Shown: piece after piece, positions 17,768 through 29,101 of the stretch | Layout of the letters: the number at the start of each line of letters is the position of its first letter | How positions within the stretch are numbered: position 1 is the first letter of the stretch | Assembly: GCA_963702475.1 (NCBI GenBank) | Contig: CAVPCT010000003.1 | Coordinates: forward strand, 672,001-736,000 | Reading direction: 5' to 3' | DNA: 64,000 nt | DNA from: an uncultured Thermoleophilia bacterium | Lineage (GTDB): Bacteria > Actinomycetota > Thermoleophilia > UBA2241 | Notes under the pieces: generated by a model | The model's database searches: none | What the model was told of the DNA's origin: nothing | The model's input: the letters and a program-made list of their open reading frames with translations, nothing else | Position numbers and translations under genes: made by a program

Positions 17768-18967
17768 GTGGAGGACCACAGCATGAGGCGCCGCCTGCTG
17801 CTCGTCCCCGACGGGATGGCGGACGAGCCTCAGGCGGCGCTCGGCATGCGCACGCCTCTCGAGGCCGCGCGCACGCCGTACATGGACGCGCTGGTGCGCA
17901 ACGGCATCGCCGGGCGCGTGCGCACCGTGCCCGAGGGCATGCCGCCCGGCAGCGACGTGGCCAACCTCGCCGTGCTGGGGTACGACCCGGCGGCCTGCTA
18001 CAGCGGGCGCAGCCCGCTGGAGGCCGCCAGCATCGGCGTCGAGCTCGGCCCGGCCGACGTCGCCTACCGTCTCAACTTCGTGACGGTCGTGGACGGCCTC
18101 ATGAGGGACAACACGGCCGGCCACATCAGCGACGAGGACGGCCGCCGCCTCATCGACGCGCTGAGCGCGGCGCTGGGCGACGGCGCCTTCGAGTTCCACC
18201 AGGGCGTGAGCTACCGGAACCTCATGGTGTGGCGCGGCGGCGCGGTGGTGCCCTGCACGCCGCCGCACGACATCCTGGACCGGCCGGTGGCCGGCTACCT
18301 GCCCGGCGAGGCGGCCGGCGCGCCGGAGACCGACGCTGTGCGGACGCTCACCGCCCTGCAGCAGCGCTGCGACGAGGTCATCGCCGGCCTGCGCCCGCAG
18401 ACGAGCGCCTGGTTCTGGGGCGAGGGCACGGCGCCGAAGATGCCCTCCTTCCGCGACCTGTACGGCCTGAGCGGCGCGGTGGTCGGCGCCGTGGACCTGG
18501 TGCGCGGCTTGGGACGGCTGGCCGGGATGGACGTCATCGATGTGCCCGGCGCCACCGGCGACCTGCACACCGACTACGGCGCCAAAGCGCGCGCAGCCGT
18601 CAAGGCGTTCGAGGACCACGATCTCGTCTGGGTCCACGTCGAGGCTCCCGACGAGGCCGGGCACATGGGCGACCTGCGCGAGAAGGTGCGCGCCATCGAG
18701 CGCGTCGACGGGGAGGTGCTGGGGCCCATCCTGGACTCGCACGCCCGCCCGACGGCCATGGTGCTGCCAGACCACTACACCCCGCTGTCCACGCGCACGC
18801 ACGACCCACGCCCCGTCCCGTTCGTCATCAGCGAGCCGCTGCCCGGCTCGGGCGGGGGCGGGGCCATGGGTTACAGCGAGCCGGACGCGGCCACCACGGG
18901 GCTGTTCGTGGAGGACGGACCGCAGCTGATGCGGCTCTTCCTGCAGGCCACGGGGCAGACTGACTGA
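17768..18967 (+). CDS. apgM: Cofactor-independent phosphoglycerate mutase, ApgM/archaeal type (family also proposed as homoserine kinase)
   Basis: DGMADEP...TPLEAA.TP.MD, PGSDVANL, GR.PLEA, HVEAPDEAGH.G, PDHYTP...THDP.PVP. Confidence 0.88.
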   Translation: MEDHSMRRRLLLVPDGMADEPQAALGMRTPLEAARTPYMDALVRNGIAGRVRTVPEGMPPGSDVANLAVLGYDPAACYSGRSPLEAASIGVELGPADVAYRLNFVTVVDGLMRDNTAGHISDEDGRRLIDALSAALGDGAFEFHQGVSYRNLMVWRGGAVVPCTPPHDILDRPVAGYLPGEAAGAPETDAVRTLTALQQRCDEVIAGLRPQTSAWFWGEGTAPKMPSFRDLYGLSGAVVGAVDLVRGLGRLAGMDVIDVPGATGDLHTDYGAKARAAVKAFEDHDLVWVHVEAPDEAGHMGDLREKVRAIERVDGEVLGPILDSHARPTAMVLPDHYTPLSTRTHDPRPVPFVISEPLPGSGGGGAMGYSEPDAATTGLFVEDGPQLMRLFLQATGQTD

Positions 18968-19026
18968 GGGCGGGGCCGGCCCGGGTGGGCCGGCCCCGCC
19001 CCCCATCTTCGACGGGAGCAACGACC

Positions 19027-21324
19027 ATGACCGCGGCGCCAGAACAGCCCGATCGCAGCGACCTGACGGACGAGTCCCCGCGCCGCCCCGCGCAGCGCGT
19101 CGAGGCCGGTCGCCGTCCCGAGCCGGGCGCGACGGCCGGGGAGCCCGTGGTCACCACCACCGCCGAACGCTACGTGATGAGCGGAGGCCAGGCGGCGCAC
19201 CTGGTGGTCAAGGAGGACGACCTGTTCCTCTACAGCGACGCGCTGGGCCAGGCGTCCGGCGGAGAGAATTCGGAGCTCGGTCTGTACTTCCAGGACACGC
19301 GGCACCTCAGCCGCCTGGAGCTCACGGTGGCCGGACGCAAGCCCGTGCTGCTCTCGTCCACGGCCGAGCGCGGCTACGCCGCGACGATCGAGCTCACCAA
19401 TCTGGAATCGCGCGCGCCGGACGGCCGCGTGCTGCCGCAGGCGAGCCTCCACCTGCGACGCACGCGCTTCATCGCCGCCGGGCTGCGCGAGCAGGTACGC
19501 GTGCGCAACTTCCACAGGGCCGACGTCGAGCTGGTGCTCGACGTGCACTTCGACGCCGACTTCGCCGACCTCTTCGAGGTGCGCGGCCTGCGGCGCCGGC
19601 GGCGCGGCACCAGGCTCCCGGCCCGCGACGGCGAGCGCTCGCTGGCGCTCTCGTACCTGGGTCTCGACGACGTGGTGCGCGAGACGCTCGTGACCTTCGA
19701 CGAGCCGCCGGAGTCGCTCAAGGAGGGACGCGCCCGGTTCCGCCTGCGCCTGGCGCCCGGCGCGGTGGCCTCCATCGGCTACGATGTCACCGTGCGCGCC
19801 ACGCGGGCCTCGGGGCCGGATGCGCCGGCGGGCGGCCACCTGCCAGAGGACCCGCAGCCCGAGCCCCAGGCACGCCTCGCGACGCTGCGGCACGAGCACG
19901 AGCGCTGGGACTCCGGCGCCACCGACATCTTCACCGACAACGAAGAGGTGAACCGCGTGCTGCGCCGCGGCCAAGAGGACCTGCGCGTGCTCTCGGCCCT
20001 GGTCGGGGGCACGCGTATACCGTTCTCCGGTCTGCCGTGGTTCGCGGCGCCCTTCGGGCGCGAGCTGATCTTCGTCGGCCTTGAGACGCTGCTGCTCGAC
20101 CTGCGCTGGTCGCGCGGCGCCGTGGACTTTCTGCAGGCGCGGCAGGGCCGCACCGAGAGCGTGTTCCGCGACGAGCAGCCGGGCAAGATCCTGCACGAGC
20201 TGCGGCGCGGCGAGCTGGCCAATCTCAAGGCCGTGCCGCACACCCCGTACTTCGGCTCCATCGACGCCACGCCGCTGTGGCTGCTGCTGGTCGCCGAGCT
20301 CACCATGTGGACCGGCGACCTGGACGGCTTCGAGGCGCGGCGCGACGCCGTGGATGCCGCGCTCGCCTGGATAGACACCTACGGCGACCTGGACGGCGAC
20401 GGCTTCGTCGAGTACGAGCGCCGTTCCCGCGCCGGCCTGCTCAACCAGGGCTGGCGCGACGCCGGCGACGCCGTGCTGCACGCCGACGGCACGCCGGCGC
20501 AGGGTCCCGTCGCCCTGGCCGAGACGCAGGGCTACGTGTACTACGCCAAGCGCCGCCTCGCCGCCATCTTCGGCGAGCTCGGCGACGTCGACCGCGCCGA
20601 GGAGCTCAGCCGCCAGTCCGGCGCCCTCAAACGCGCCTTCAACGAGCGCTTCTGGATGGAGGACGAGGGCTTCTTCGCCATGGCGCTCGACGGTCGCAAG
20701 CAGCAGGTCCGGGGCATCTGCTCCACCATCGGCCACGCCCTGTGGACGCGCATCGTCGGCGACGACCACGTGGACGCGGTGGTCAGGCGCCTCATGGCGC
20801 CGGACATGTTCACCGGCTGGGGCGTGCGCACGTTCAGCAAGGACATGAAGGGCTACAACCCCGTGAGCTTCTACAACGGCAGCGTGTGGCCGTTCGACAC
20901 CGCCGTGATCGCCAACGGCATGAAGAAGCACGGCTACGCGCAGGAGTCCAACCGCCTCGCCTGGGGACTGGTGGAGGCGGCCGGCGCGCACGAGTACGAC
21001 CGCCTGCCGGAGATGTTCTGCGGCTTCACGCGCCGCTCCATCAACAAGCCGGTGGCGTTCCCCATGGCGTGCTCGCCCGACGCCTCGTCGGCCGGCGCCC
21101 TCTTCCTCATCCTGCAGTCCATGCTGGGCATCTACGCGCAGGCCGACGAGAACATCGTGTACGTGCACGATCCCGACCTCCCCAAGTGGCTGGGGGAGGT
21201 GACGCTGGCCAATCTCAGGGTCGGGCGCACCACCATGCGCCTGCGCTTTCGCCGCGAGGGCAGCCAGACCAGCTTCGCGGTGCTCGACAAGCAGGGACCC
21301 GGGCGTATCGTGGTCGTGGAGTGA
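19027..21324 (+). CDS. Amylo-alpha-1,6-glucosidase / glycogen-debranching-like glycoside hydrolase
   Basis: GLYFQDTRHLS, ADFADLFEVRG, GLPWF..PFGR, EQPGKILHE.R, YFGSIDATPL, NQGWRD, YNP.S.YNGSVWP.D, RLPEMFCG. Confidence 0.88.
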   Translation: MTAAPEQPDRSDLTDESPRRPAQRVEAGRRPEPGATAGEPVVTTTAERYVMSGGQAAHLVVKEDDLFLYSDALGQASGGENSELGLYFQDTRHLSRLELTVAGRKPVLLSSTAERGYAATIELTNLESRAPDGRVLPQASLHLRRTRFIAAGLREQVRVRNFHRADVELVLDVHFDADFADLFEVRGLRRRRRGTRLPARDGERSLALSYLGLDDVVRETLVTFDEPPESLKEGRARFRLRLAPGAVASIGYDVTVRATRASGPDAPAGGHLPEDPQPEPQARLATLRHEHERWDSGATDIFTDNEEVNRVLRRGQEDLRVLSALVGGTRIPFSGLPWFAAPFGRELIFVGLETLLLDLRWSRGAVDFLQARQGRTESVFRDEQPGKILHELRRGELANLKAVPHTPYFGSIDATPLWLLLVAELTMWTGDLDGFEARRDAVDAALAWIDTYGDLDGDGFVEYERRSRAGLLNQGWRDAGDAVLHADGTPAQGPVALAETQGYVYYAKRRLAAIFGELGDVDRAEELSRQSGALKRAFNERFWMEDEGFFAMALDGRKQQVRGICSTIGHALWTRIVGDDHVDAVVRRLMAPDMFTGWGVRTFSKDMKGYNPVSFYNGSVWPFDTAVIANGMKKHGYAQESNRLAWGLVEAAGAHEYDRLPEMFCGFTRRSINKPVAFPMACSPDASSAGALFLILQSMLGIYAQADENIVYVHDPDLPKWLGEVTLANLRVGRTTMRLRFRREGSQTSFAVLDKQGPGRIVVVE

Positions 21325-22109
21325 TGTTCACCATCGCGCACATCTCGGACCTGCACGCGGGCTCGCCGTACTTCGTGCCGAGCATGATGGATCGCGTCGT
21401 GGTCGAGCTGAACGAGCTCGAGCCGGACATCGTGCTGTGCACCGGCGACCTCACGGAGATGGGGTTCCGCCAGGACTACGTGACGGCGCGCGAGTACCTC
21501 GAGCGCATCGAGTGCCCGCAGCTGGTGGTGATCCCCGGCAACCACGACGCCCGCAACGTCGGCTACGTGCACTTCGAGGAGCTCATCGGGCCGCGCTGGC
21601 AGACGCTGCACCTGGAACAGATCACCATCGTGGCCGAGGACTCCACCGAGCCCGACCTCGACCACGGGCAGATCGGGCGCGCGCGCTACACGTTCCTGCG
21701 TGAGCAGTTCGCGGGCCCGGCCCACTTCCGGCTCTTCATGTTGCACCACCACCTGCTCCCGGTGCCCGGGACGGGGCGGGAGCGCAACATCGTCTACGAC
21801 GCCGGCGACCTGCTCGAGGTGCTGCAGGAGTGTTGTGTGAACCTCGTGCTCTGCGGCCACAAGCACGTGCCCTACGCCTGGCGGCTCGAGAACCTGTTCG
21901 TGGTCAACGCCGGCACCTGCGCATCCTTGCGCCTGCGCGGGAACACCAAGGCCTGCTACAACATCGTGCGTCTGGACGGTGACAACGTGTCGGTGGTGCG
22001 CAAGTTCCCGTTCCACGGCACGGAGACGCTGATCGACTTCGTGCCGTCCACGGCGTCGTACTCCAAGTACGTGTGTCCGGTCCCCGGCGAGGGAGCGAGC
22101 GGGCGGTGA
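21324..22109 (+). CDS. Calcineurin-like metallophosphoesterase (candidate cDPG hydrolase)
   Basis: SDLH, TGDLT, PGNHD, LHHH and CGHKH motifs. Start overlaps the upstream stop (TGATG). Confidence 0.88.
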   Translation: MFTIAHISDLHAGSPYFVPSMMDRVVVELNELEPDIVLCTGDLTEMGFRQDYVTAREYLERIECPQLVVIPGNHDARNVGYVHFEELIGPRWQTLHLEQITIVAEDSTEPDLDHGQIGRARYTFLREQFAGPAHFRLFMLHHHLLPVPGTGRERNIVYDAGDLLEVLQECCVNLVLCGHKHVPYAWRLENLFVVNAGTCASLRLRGNTKACYNIVRLDGDNVSVVRKFPFHGTETLIDFVPSTASYSKYVCPVPGEGASGR

Positions 22110-22175
22110 CGCTGCCGCTCCCGCGGGGGGAGGGAGCGAGGTGCTGATGGGATGCTTCGCGGGAAGGCGCCGGCG

Positions 22176-23597
22176 ATGAGCCTGCCCCGCGCCCTCGTGC
22201 TGGTGGACGGCGAGCACTACCCGCCGGTGGTGGCCGCCGCCCTCGAAGGGCTGCGGCGGCGGTTCGAGGTGGTGGGCGGCCTGTTCGCCGGGGGGAGCGA
22301 GAAGCTGCGCGGCGGGGAGGAGCAGGCCCTGGACACGCTCGCCGCCGCGCTCGGGCTGCCGCGACTCGATCGCGTCGACCCGGCCGGCGCGGCTCCGCAC
22401 GAGGTGCTGGACGGCACGCGCGCGGCTCTGCGGGTCGCGCGCGCCGAGGCGCTCGTGGACCTCTCCGACGAGCCGGTGGTCGGCTACCGCGAGCGCTTCC
22501 TGCTGATGAGCGCAGCGCTCGCGGAGGGAGCGCGGTACGTGGCGGCCGACACGGAGGTCCGGCCGCAGGACTTCGCGCTGCTCGAGTGCCTGCCGGCGCT
22601 CGGCGTGCTCGGCACCGGCAAGCGTGTCGGCAAGACGGCCGTGAGCGGCTGGCTGGCGCGGCGGCTGGACGCCGCCCTGCAGGAGCGTGGCGGCGTGATC
22701 GTGCTGGCGATGGGCCGCGGTGGCCCGCCTGAGCCGGAGCTCGTGCCGGGCCGCGAGGGCCTCGGCGCAGCCGACCTGCTCGCGGCCTCCCGTCGCGGCC
22801 GGCACGCCGCCAGCGACTGCTACGAAGACGCCGTGCTCGCCGGCGTGACGACGGTCGGCTGCCGGCGCTGCGGCGGCGGCCTCGCGGGGGCGCCGTTCGA
22901 CGACACGGTGCGCGCGGCGCTGCCGCTGCTCGAGGCGTCCGGCGCTGCTCTCGCCGTCATCGAGGGCAGCGGCGCCGTGGTGCCGCCGGTGGCCTGCGAC
23001 GCGGCGCTCTGCGTGTCGGCGGCGTCGCAGCCGGCCAACTACGTGGCCGGCCTGCTCGGCACCTACAGGCTGCTGCTCAGCGACGTGCTCGTGCTCACGC
23101 AGTGCGAGGCGCCGTTCGCCGACGCGGCCCGCGTCCGCGAGCTGACGGACGCCGCGCGCGCCGTGCGCCCCGGCCTGCGCGTGGTGCCGACGGTCTTCAG
23201 GCCGCGGCCGGCGCAGCCCGTCCGCGGCCGCCGGGTCGCCTACTTCACGACCGCGCCGGAGACCGCCGTGCCGCGGCTCGCGCAGGCGCTCGCCGACGAC
23301 CACGGCGCCGAGGTCGTGCTCGTCTCGACCGCGCTCGCCGACCGCGCGCGCCTCGCGGCCGACGTCGGGCGCGCCGCTCGCGAAGCCGACGTGTTCCTCT
23401 GCGAGATCAAGGCGGCCGCCGTGGACGTGGTGGCCGAGGCTGCGGACGTCGCCGGTCGCGACCTGGTGTTCTGCGACAACGAGCCCGTGGCGCTCGAAGG
23501 CGACCTCGGCGCGGCGGTCGACGGGGCGGCCGGTCTGGCGGCGGAGCGCTTCGCCGCCCGCCGCGCGGCCGCCGTGCCGGACGGAGGCGTGCCGTGA
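22176..23597 (+). CDS. cpgS: Cyclic 2,3-diphosphoglycerate synthetase
   Basis: LVDGEHYPPVV, GGSEK, DLSDEPV..YRERF, GTGKRVGKTAVS, AMGRGGPPEP, G.HAASD.YEDA, GCRRCGGG.AG, EGSG, EIKAAAVDVV, DNEP match the archaeal cDPGS pattern. Confidence 0.88.
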   Translation: MSLPRALVLVDGEHYPPVVAAALEGLRRRFEVVGGLFAGGSEKLRGGEEQALDTLAAALGLPRLDRVDPAGAAPHEVLDGTRAALRVARAEALVDLSDEPVVGYRERFLLMSAALAEGARYVAADTEVRPQDFALLECLPALGVLGTGKRVGKTAVSGWLARRLDAALQERGGVIVLAMGRGGPPEPELVPGREGLGAADLLAASRRGRHAASDCYEDAVLAGVTTVGCRRCGGGLAGAPFDDTVRAALPLLEASGAALAVIEGSGAVVPPVACDAALCVSAASQPANYVAGLLGTYRLLLSDVLVLTQCEAPFADAARVRELTDAARAVRPGLRVVPTVFRPRPAQPVRGRRVAYFTTAPETAVPRLAQALADDHGAEVVLVSTALADRARLAADVGRAAREADVFLCEIKAAAVDVVAEAADVAGRDLVFCDNEPVALEGDLGAAVDGAAGLAAERFAARRAAAVPDGGVP

Positions 23598-24505
23598 ACG
23601 ACCGCGACCTGGAGCTGACCGGTCCTGCCGGCGGTCCTCCGTTCAGCAAGGGGCTGATGGCGCAGACGCTCACCGCGACCGGGCTGTCGCCGGAACGCGC
23701 CTATCTCGTCGTCACGGCGCTGGAGCGGCGCCTGCGGCGCCGCGGCAGCGCCGCCGCCCTCACGTTCACCGATCTGCACGATGTCGCCTGCCGGGAGCTG
23801 GGACCTCTGGACGGCGAGGTGCTCATCCAGCGCTTCCGCCAGTGGCAGACGCTGCGCCGTCTGGAGACGCCGCTGATCGTGCTCATCGGCGGCGCCACCG
23901 GGGTCGGCAAGAGCACACTGGCCACTGAGCTCGCCCACCGTCTCGCCATCACGCGCGTCATCAGCACCGACATGGTGCGCCAGACCATGCGTGCGTTCTT
24001 CGCCTCCGAGCTCATGCCCGCCCTCCACACCTCGTCGTTCGACGCCGCCTCGTCGGTGCGCGTACCGGTGCCCCGCGAGACCGATCTCGCGAAGGTGGGG
24101 TTCATGGAGCAGACCAAGGCCGTGTGTGTCGGCATCGAGGCCATCGTGGAACGCGGGATCACGGAGGCGCAGCAGATGGTGGTGGAGGGTGTGCACCTGG
24201 TCCCAGGCTTCCTCGACCGGTCCCGCTGGCACGACGCCATCGTGCTGGAGTTCGTGCTCGCGGTGACGGACAGGGACCGGCACCGCAGCAACTTCACCGT
24301 GCGGGACTGGGAGACCGGAGGCGTGCGCCCTGTGCGCAAGTACGTGGAGCACTTCGCGCAGATCCGCCGCATCCAGAAGTACATCGTCGGCCGCGCCGAG
24401 GCTCTCGGGGTGCCGGTGATCGACGGCGCCAGCCTTGACGAGAACCTGAGCGAGGTGCTGGGCACCATCCTGCACCGCGTGGAGGAGCACAGCGCCCAGC
24501 GCTGA
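23594..24505 (+). CDS. pgk2: 2-phosphoglycerate kinase (ATP-cone plus P-loop)
   Basis: PFSKGLMAQTL...AY, PLIVLIGGATGVGKST.A.ELA.RL.I..V.STD.VR..MR, LH.SSF, EGVHLVPG, F..IR.IQ. GTGA overlap with cpgS. Confidence 0.88.
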   Translation: MNDRDLELTGPAGGPPFSKGLMAQTLTATGLSPERAYLVVTALERRLRRRGSAAALTFTDLHDVACRELGPLDGEVLIQRFRQWQTLRRLETPLIVLIGGATGVGKSTLATELAHRLAITRVISTDMVRQTMRAFFASELMPALHTSSFDAASSVRVPVPRETDLAKVGFMEQTKAVCVGIEAIVERGITEAQQMVVEGVHLVPGFLDRSRWHDAIVLEFVLAVTDRDRHRSNFTVRDWETGGVRPVRKYVEHFAQIRRIQKYIVGRAEALGVPVIDGASLDENLSEVLGTILHRVEEHSAQR

Positions 24506-24757
24506 AGGGCGCGGCCTTGCCGCCGACTTCGGGTATACTGAGGCCACTCCCCTTCAGCCGCGCGCCGTTCCGTGCTCCCTGCCCGGAGCGCGCTCCACCA
24601 CTTGGGAGTAGGAATCTCTTGACCTGTATGGCATACTCTGGGCCGGCGCCAGTGTCGGCGCCGTCCTTCATCACAGCATCTGCCTCTACTCGTCCGACAT
24701 CCTGCACGCGTCGCGGCTGCGTACCGTGCCAGGCGATGTCAGAGGTACCGGGAGCCC

Positions 24758-26531
<1,774 letters not shown>

Positions 26532-26595
26532 GACCGCGGCACGGGCGGGCGGCGACGCGCGGGGCGCGAGTGTCCGTGCCCGCGAGGAGGGGCTC

Positions 26596-27402
26596 ATGAC
26601 CGACGCACCCGGCGGCGCCTGGCGCGTGCCGTTCGTCAAGGCGGCCGCCTGCGGCAACGACTTCCTGCTGGTCGAGGAGCGCTTCTCGCCCGTCGACCTG
26701 GCCGAGTTCGCGCGTCGCGCCTGCGACCGCCGCGAGGGCGTGGGAGCCGACGGCGTCGAGTGGCTGGCGGCGGACGACGAAGCCGACATCGCCGCGCGGC
26801 TCATCAACGCCGACGGCTCGCCGGCCGAGATCTCCGGCAACGGCACGCGCTGTGTGGCCGCGCTCCTCGCTTCGGCGCATGAAGAGCACGCGTCGTTCAC
26901 GGTGCGCACCGGCGCCGGCATCCGCATCTGCGAGCTCATCTCGCGGCACGATCCGGAGTTCGAGTTCGCCGTCGACATGAGGGCGCCGCGGCTCGGCGAG
27001 CCCGAGAAGCTCCAGCTGTCAGTGGGCTCGGTGACCGGCCGGTCCGTCTCGGTCGGCAACCCGCACTTCGTGGTCCTCGTCGATCGCTTCGAGCGCGGCT
27101 GGCAGGCGTTGGCCGCGGAGATCGAGACGCACCCGCGGTTCCCCGAGCGTACCAACGTCGACCTCGTGCGCGTGGTGTCGGACGCCGAGGTCGAGGCGCG
27201 CTTCTACGAGAGGGGCGCCGGCGAGACGCGTTCGTCGGGCACCGGCTCCGTGGCCGCGGCCGTGGCGGCCGTCGCCGCCGGCCGCGCCCGCTCGCCGGTG
27301 CGCGTGCTCACGCCCGGCGGCGTGCAGACGGTGCTGTGGGACGGCGCGGTGACGCTGCGCGGCACCGCGCGGCTGGTCTGCGCCGGGTCGTTCTACTACT
27401 GA
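26596..27402 (+). CDS. dapF: Diaminopimelate epimerase-like protein
   Basis: GNDF, GADG, NADGS.AEISGNG.RC, VGNPH, TNVD, ERGAGET.SSGTG. The usual catalytic Cys positions read Ser. Confidence 0.82.
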   Translation: MTDAPGGAWRVPFVKAAACGNDFLLVEERFSPVDLAEFARRACDRREGVGADGVEWLAADDEADIAARLINADGSPAEISGNGTRCVAALLASAHEEHASFTVRTGAGIRICELISRHDPEFEFAVDMRAPRLGEPEKLQLSVGSVTGRSVSVGNPHFVVLVDRFERGWQALAAEIETHPRFPERTNVDLVRVVSDAEVEARFYERGAGETRSSGTGSVAAAVAAVAAGRARSPVRVLTPGGVQTVLWDGAVTLRGTARLVCAGSFYY

Positions 27403-27564
27403 CGCGCGACGCGGCTCGCGCCGGAGCGGCTTCGCCGCCGGCGCCCGGTTCCTTCTGGACAGTTCCATGAGAATCCAGCGGTAGATGACGGATTTTCACG
27501 GTAGCGGTGCGGCTGGAGGAGTTCAGAGTGCCCGGCCGCTTGCGGAGAGCGCGGCCGGCGGAGC

Positions 27565-28896
27565 TTAGAGCTCTCGGCCGCCGATGCCGTTCACGCCGAG
27601 ATCGACGAGGCGCTCGACCAGGGCCGGCCGGTCGATGTGCTGCACGTCGCAGCCGGCCCGCAGCGCCATCGCGGCGCCGACGCCCGCGGCCTGGCCCATG
27701 AGCATGCACTGCGGCATGCCGCGGCCGGTGGCGTAGGCCTGCAGGTCGACCGAGCGGGCGCGACCGGCGAAGAGCAGGTTGCGCACGGTGCGCGGCACCA
27801 GGCTCCGGAACGGGATCGTGTAGTAGTCGCCCGGCGGCAGCGCGGCCTCGTGCGAGTAGACCGCCTCCGCGTCGTCGCGGAACACCTCGTCCAGCGGGCT
27901 GTCGCAGGCGACGATGCCGTCGTCGAACTTCGTCGCGCGCGCCACGTCGTCGTGCGTCAGCGTGTACAGGCCCGCGAGCCGGCGGCCCTCGCGCACTCCG
28001 ACGACAGGGCCGATGCGCGAGACGTAGGCGTGCTCGAACCCGGGCATCGAGTCTCGGCAGAACGAGGCCAGCGCCAGCACCTGCCGGCGTGCCTTCATTG
28101 TCGCCTCGTTCACGCTTCGCGCGTTCGACCCGTCCACGCCGGTGACCGTGACGGTGTTGAAGTACACGCTGCCCTGCCGGAGTCCCTTCAACATGTAGAT
28201 CTGCCGCAGGGTCTCGGGGAGCCTGCCCTGTGCGATGCCCCGCCGCGCGTACCGTGCGAAGTACGGATCCGAATGGTCGGCGAAGGCCTGCGCCCAGTCC
28301 ACGTTCTCCATGAAGAAGGTGAGGGTGGCGCCCATGGTGCGGCCGCCGGCGTCGCCGGTGACGCTGGGCACGCCGGCGCGGGCGGCCACGTCGCCGCTGC
28401 CGGTGCAGTCGAGGTACACGCCGGCGGTGAAGCGCTCGCTGCCGAGCAGGCTGACGACGTCGATATGGCGGACCTGGCCGTCTGCGACGGCGACGTCCGC
28501 CGGCAGGTGGTTGAGCAGGAGTTCGACGCCGGCGCCGGCCAGCAGTTCGTTGAGCTCGGCGATCATGATGTCGTAGTCGTACACGACCTCGTCGCCGAAG
28601 TTGGCGAGGTCGCAGGGCCGGCGTTCGGCCGCCGGCGGGTCGTGGGCGAACAGACGGTGCACGAGCTCCTCGAAGAACCCGCCGACGCTCACGCCGCACG
28701 GGTACCCGGAGCCGAGCATCATGCCCGGGCAGCTGGAGATGACGCCGCCGACGACGTTCTGCAGCTCGACGAGGCGCACCGAGCAGCCCTCGCGCGCCGC
28801 CGCCACGGCGGCGGCGATGCCCGCCGGGCCGGCGCCGAAGACGAGGACGTCGGTGTGGCCGTCGTGGTTGGGTGGCTGGGCGGCCGGGGCGCTCAT
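27565..28896 (-). CDS. FAD-dependent oxidoreductase
   Basis: DVLVFGAGPAGIAAA, DCTGSGD, GVREGRR, YTIPFRSL.P...NLLFAGR, MGQAAG. Confidence 0.85.
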   Translation of the reverse strand: MSAPAAQPPNHDGHTDVLVFGAGPAGIAAAVAAAREGCSVRLVELQNVVGGVISSCPGMMLGSGYPCGVSVGGFFEELVHRLFAHDPPAAERRPCDLANFGDEVVYDYDIMIAELNELLAGAGVELLLNHLPADVAVADGQVRHIDVVSLLGSERFTAGVYLDCTGSGDVAARAGVPSVTGDAGGRTMGATLTFFMENVDWAQAFADHSDPYFARYARRGIAQGRLPETLRQIYMLKGLRQGSVYFNTVTVTGVDGSNARSVNEATMKARRQVLALASFCRDSMPGFEHAYVSRIGPVVGVREGRRLAGLYTLTHDDVARATKFDDGIVACDSPLDEVFRDDAEAVYSHEAALPPGDYYTIPFRSLVPRTVRNLLFAGRARSVDLQAYATGRGMPQCMLMGQAAGVGAAMALRAGCDVQHIDRPALVERLVDLGVNGIGGREL

Positions 28897-29101
28897 GACG
28901 GCATCATCGCACGGGAGCGAGGCGGGCGTCGCCGGGCCCGGCGCAGTGCGCTTCGCCCTCGGCTCTGCGCCGCGGACCGGCGTGGTCGTGCCATGTGATG
29001 GTGCACAAAGCGCCCACTTGATGAGCGATTTGTGTTACGACGGTGATGATTGGGGCCAGAGATCTCGTGGGCACCGCGGCTGCCCAAGAGCCCGCATGCG
29101 G

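Noticed and set aside
28990-29060. Fluoride riboswitch-like TGTGATGGTGCACA
   Set aside because: The pseudoknot partner does not pair and no suitable downstream gene lies on that strand.
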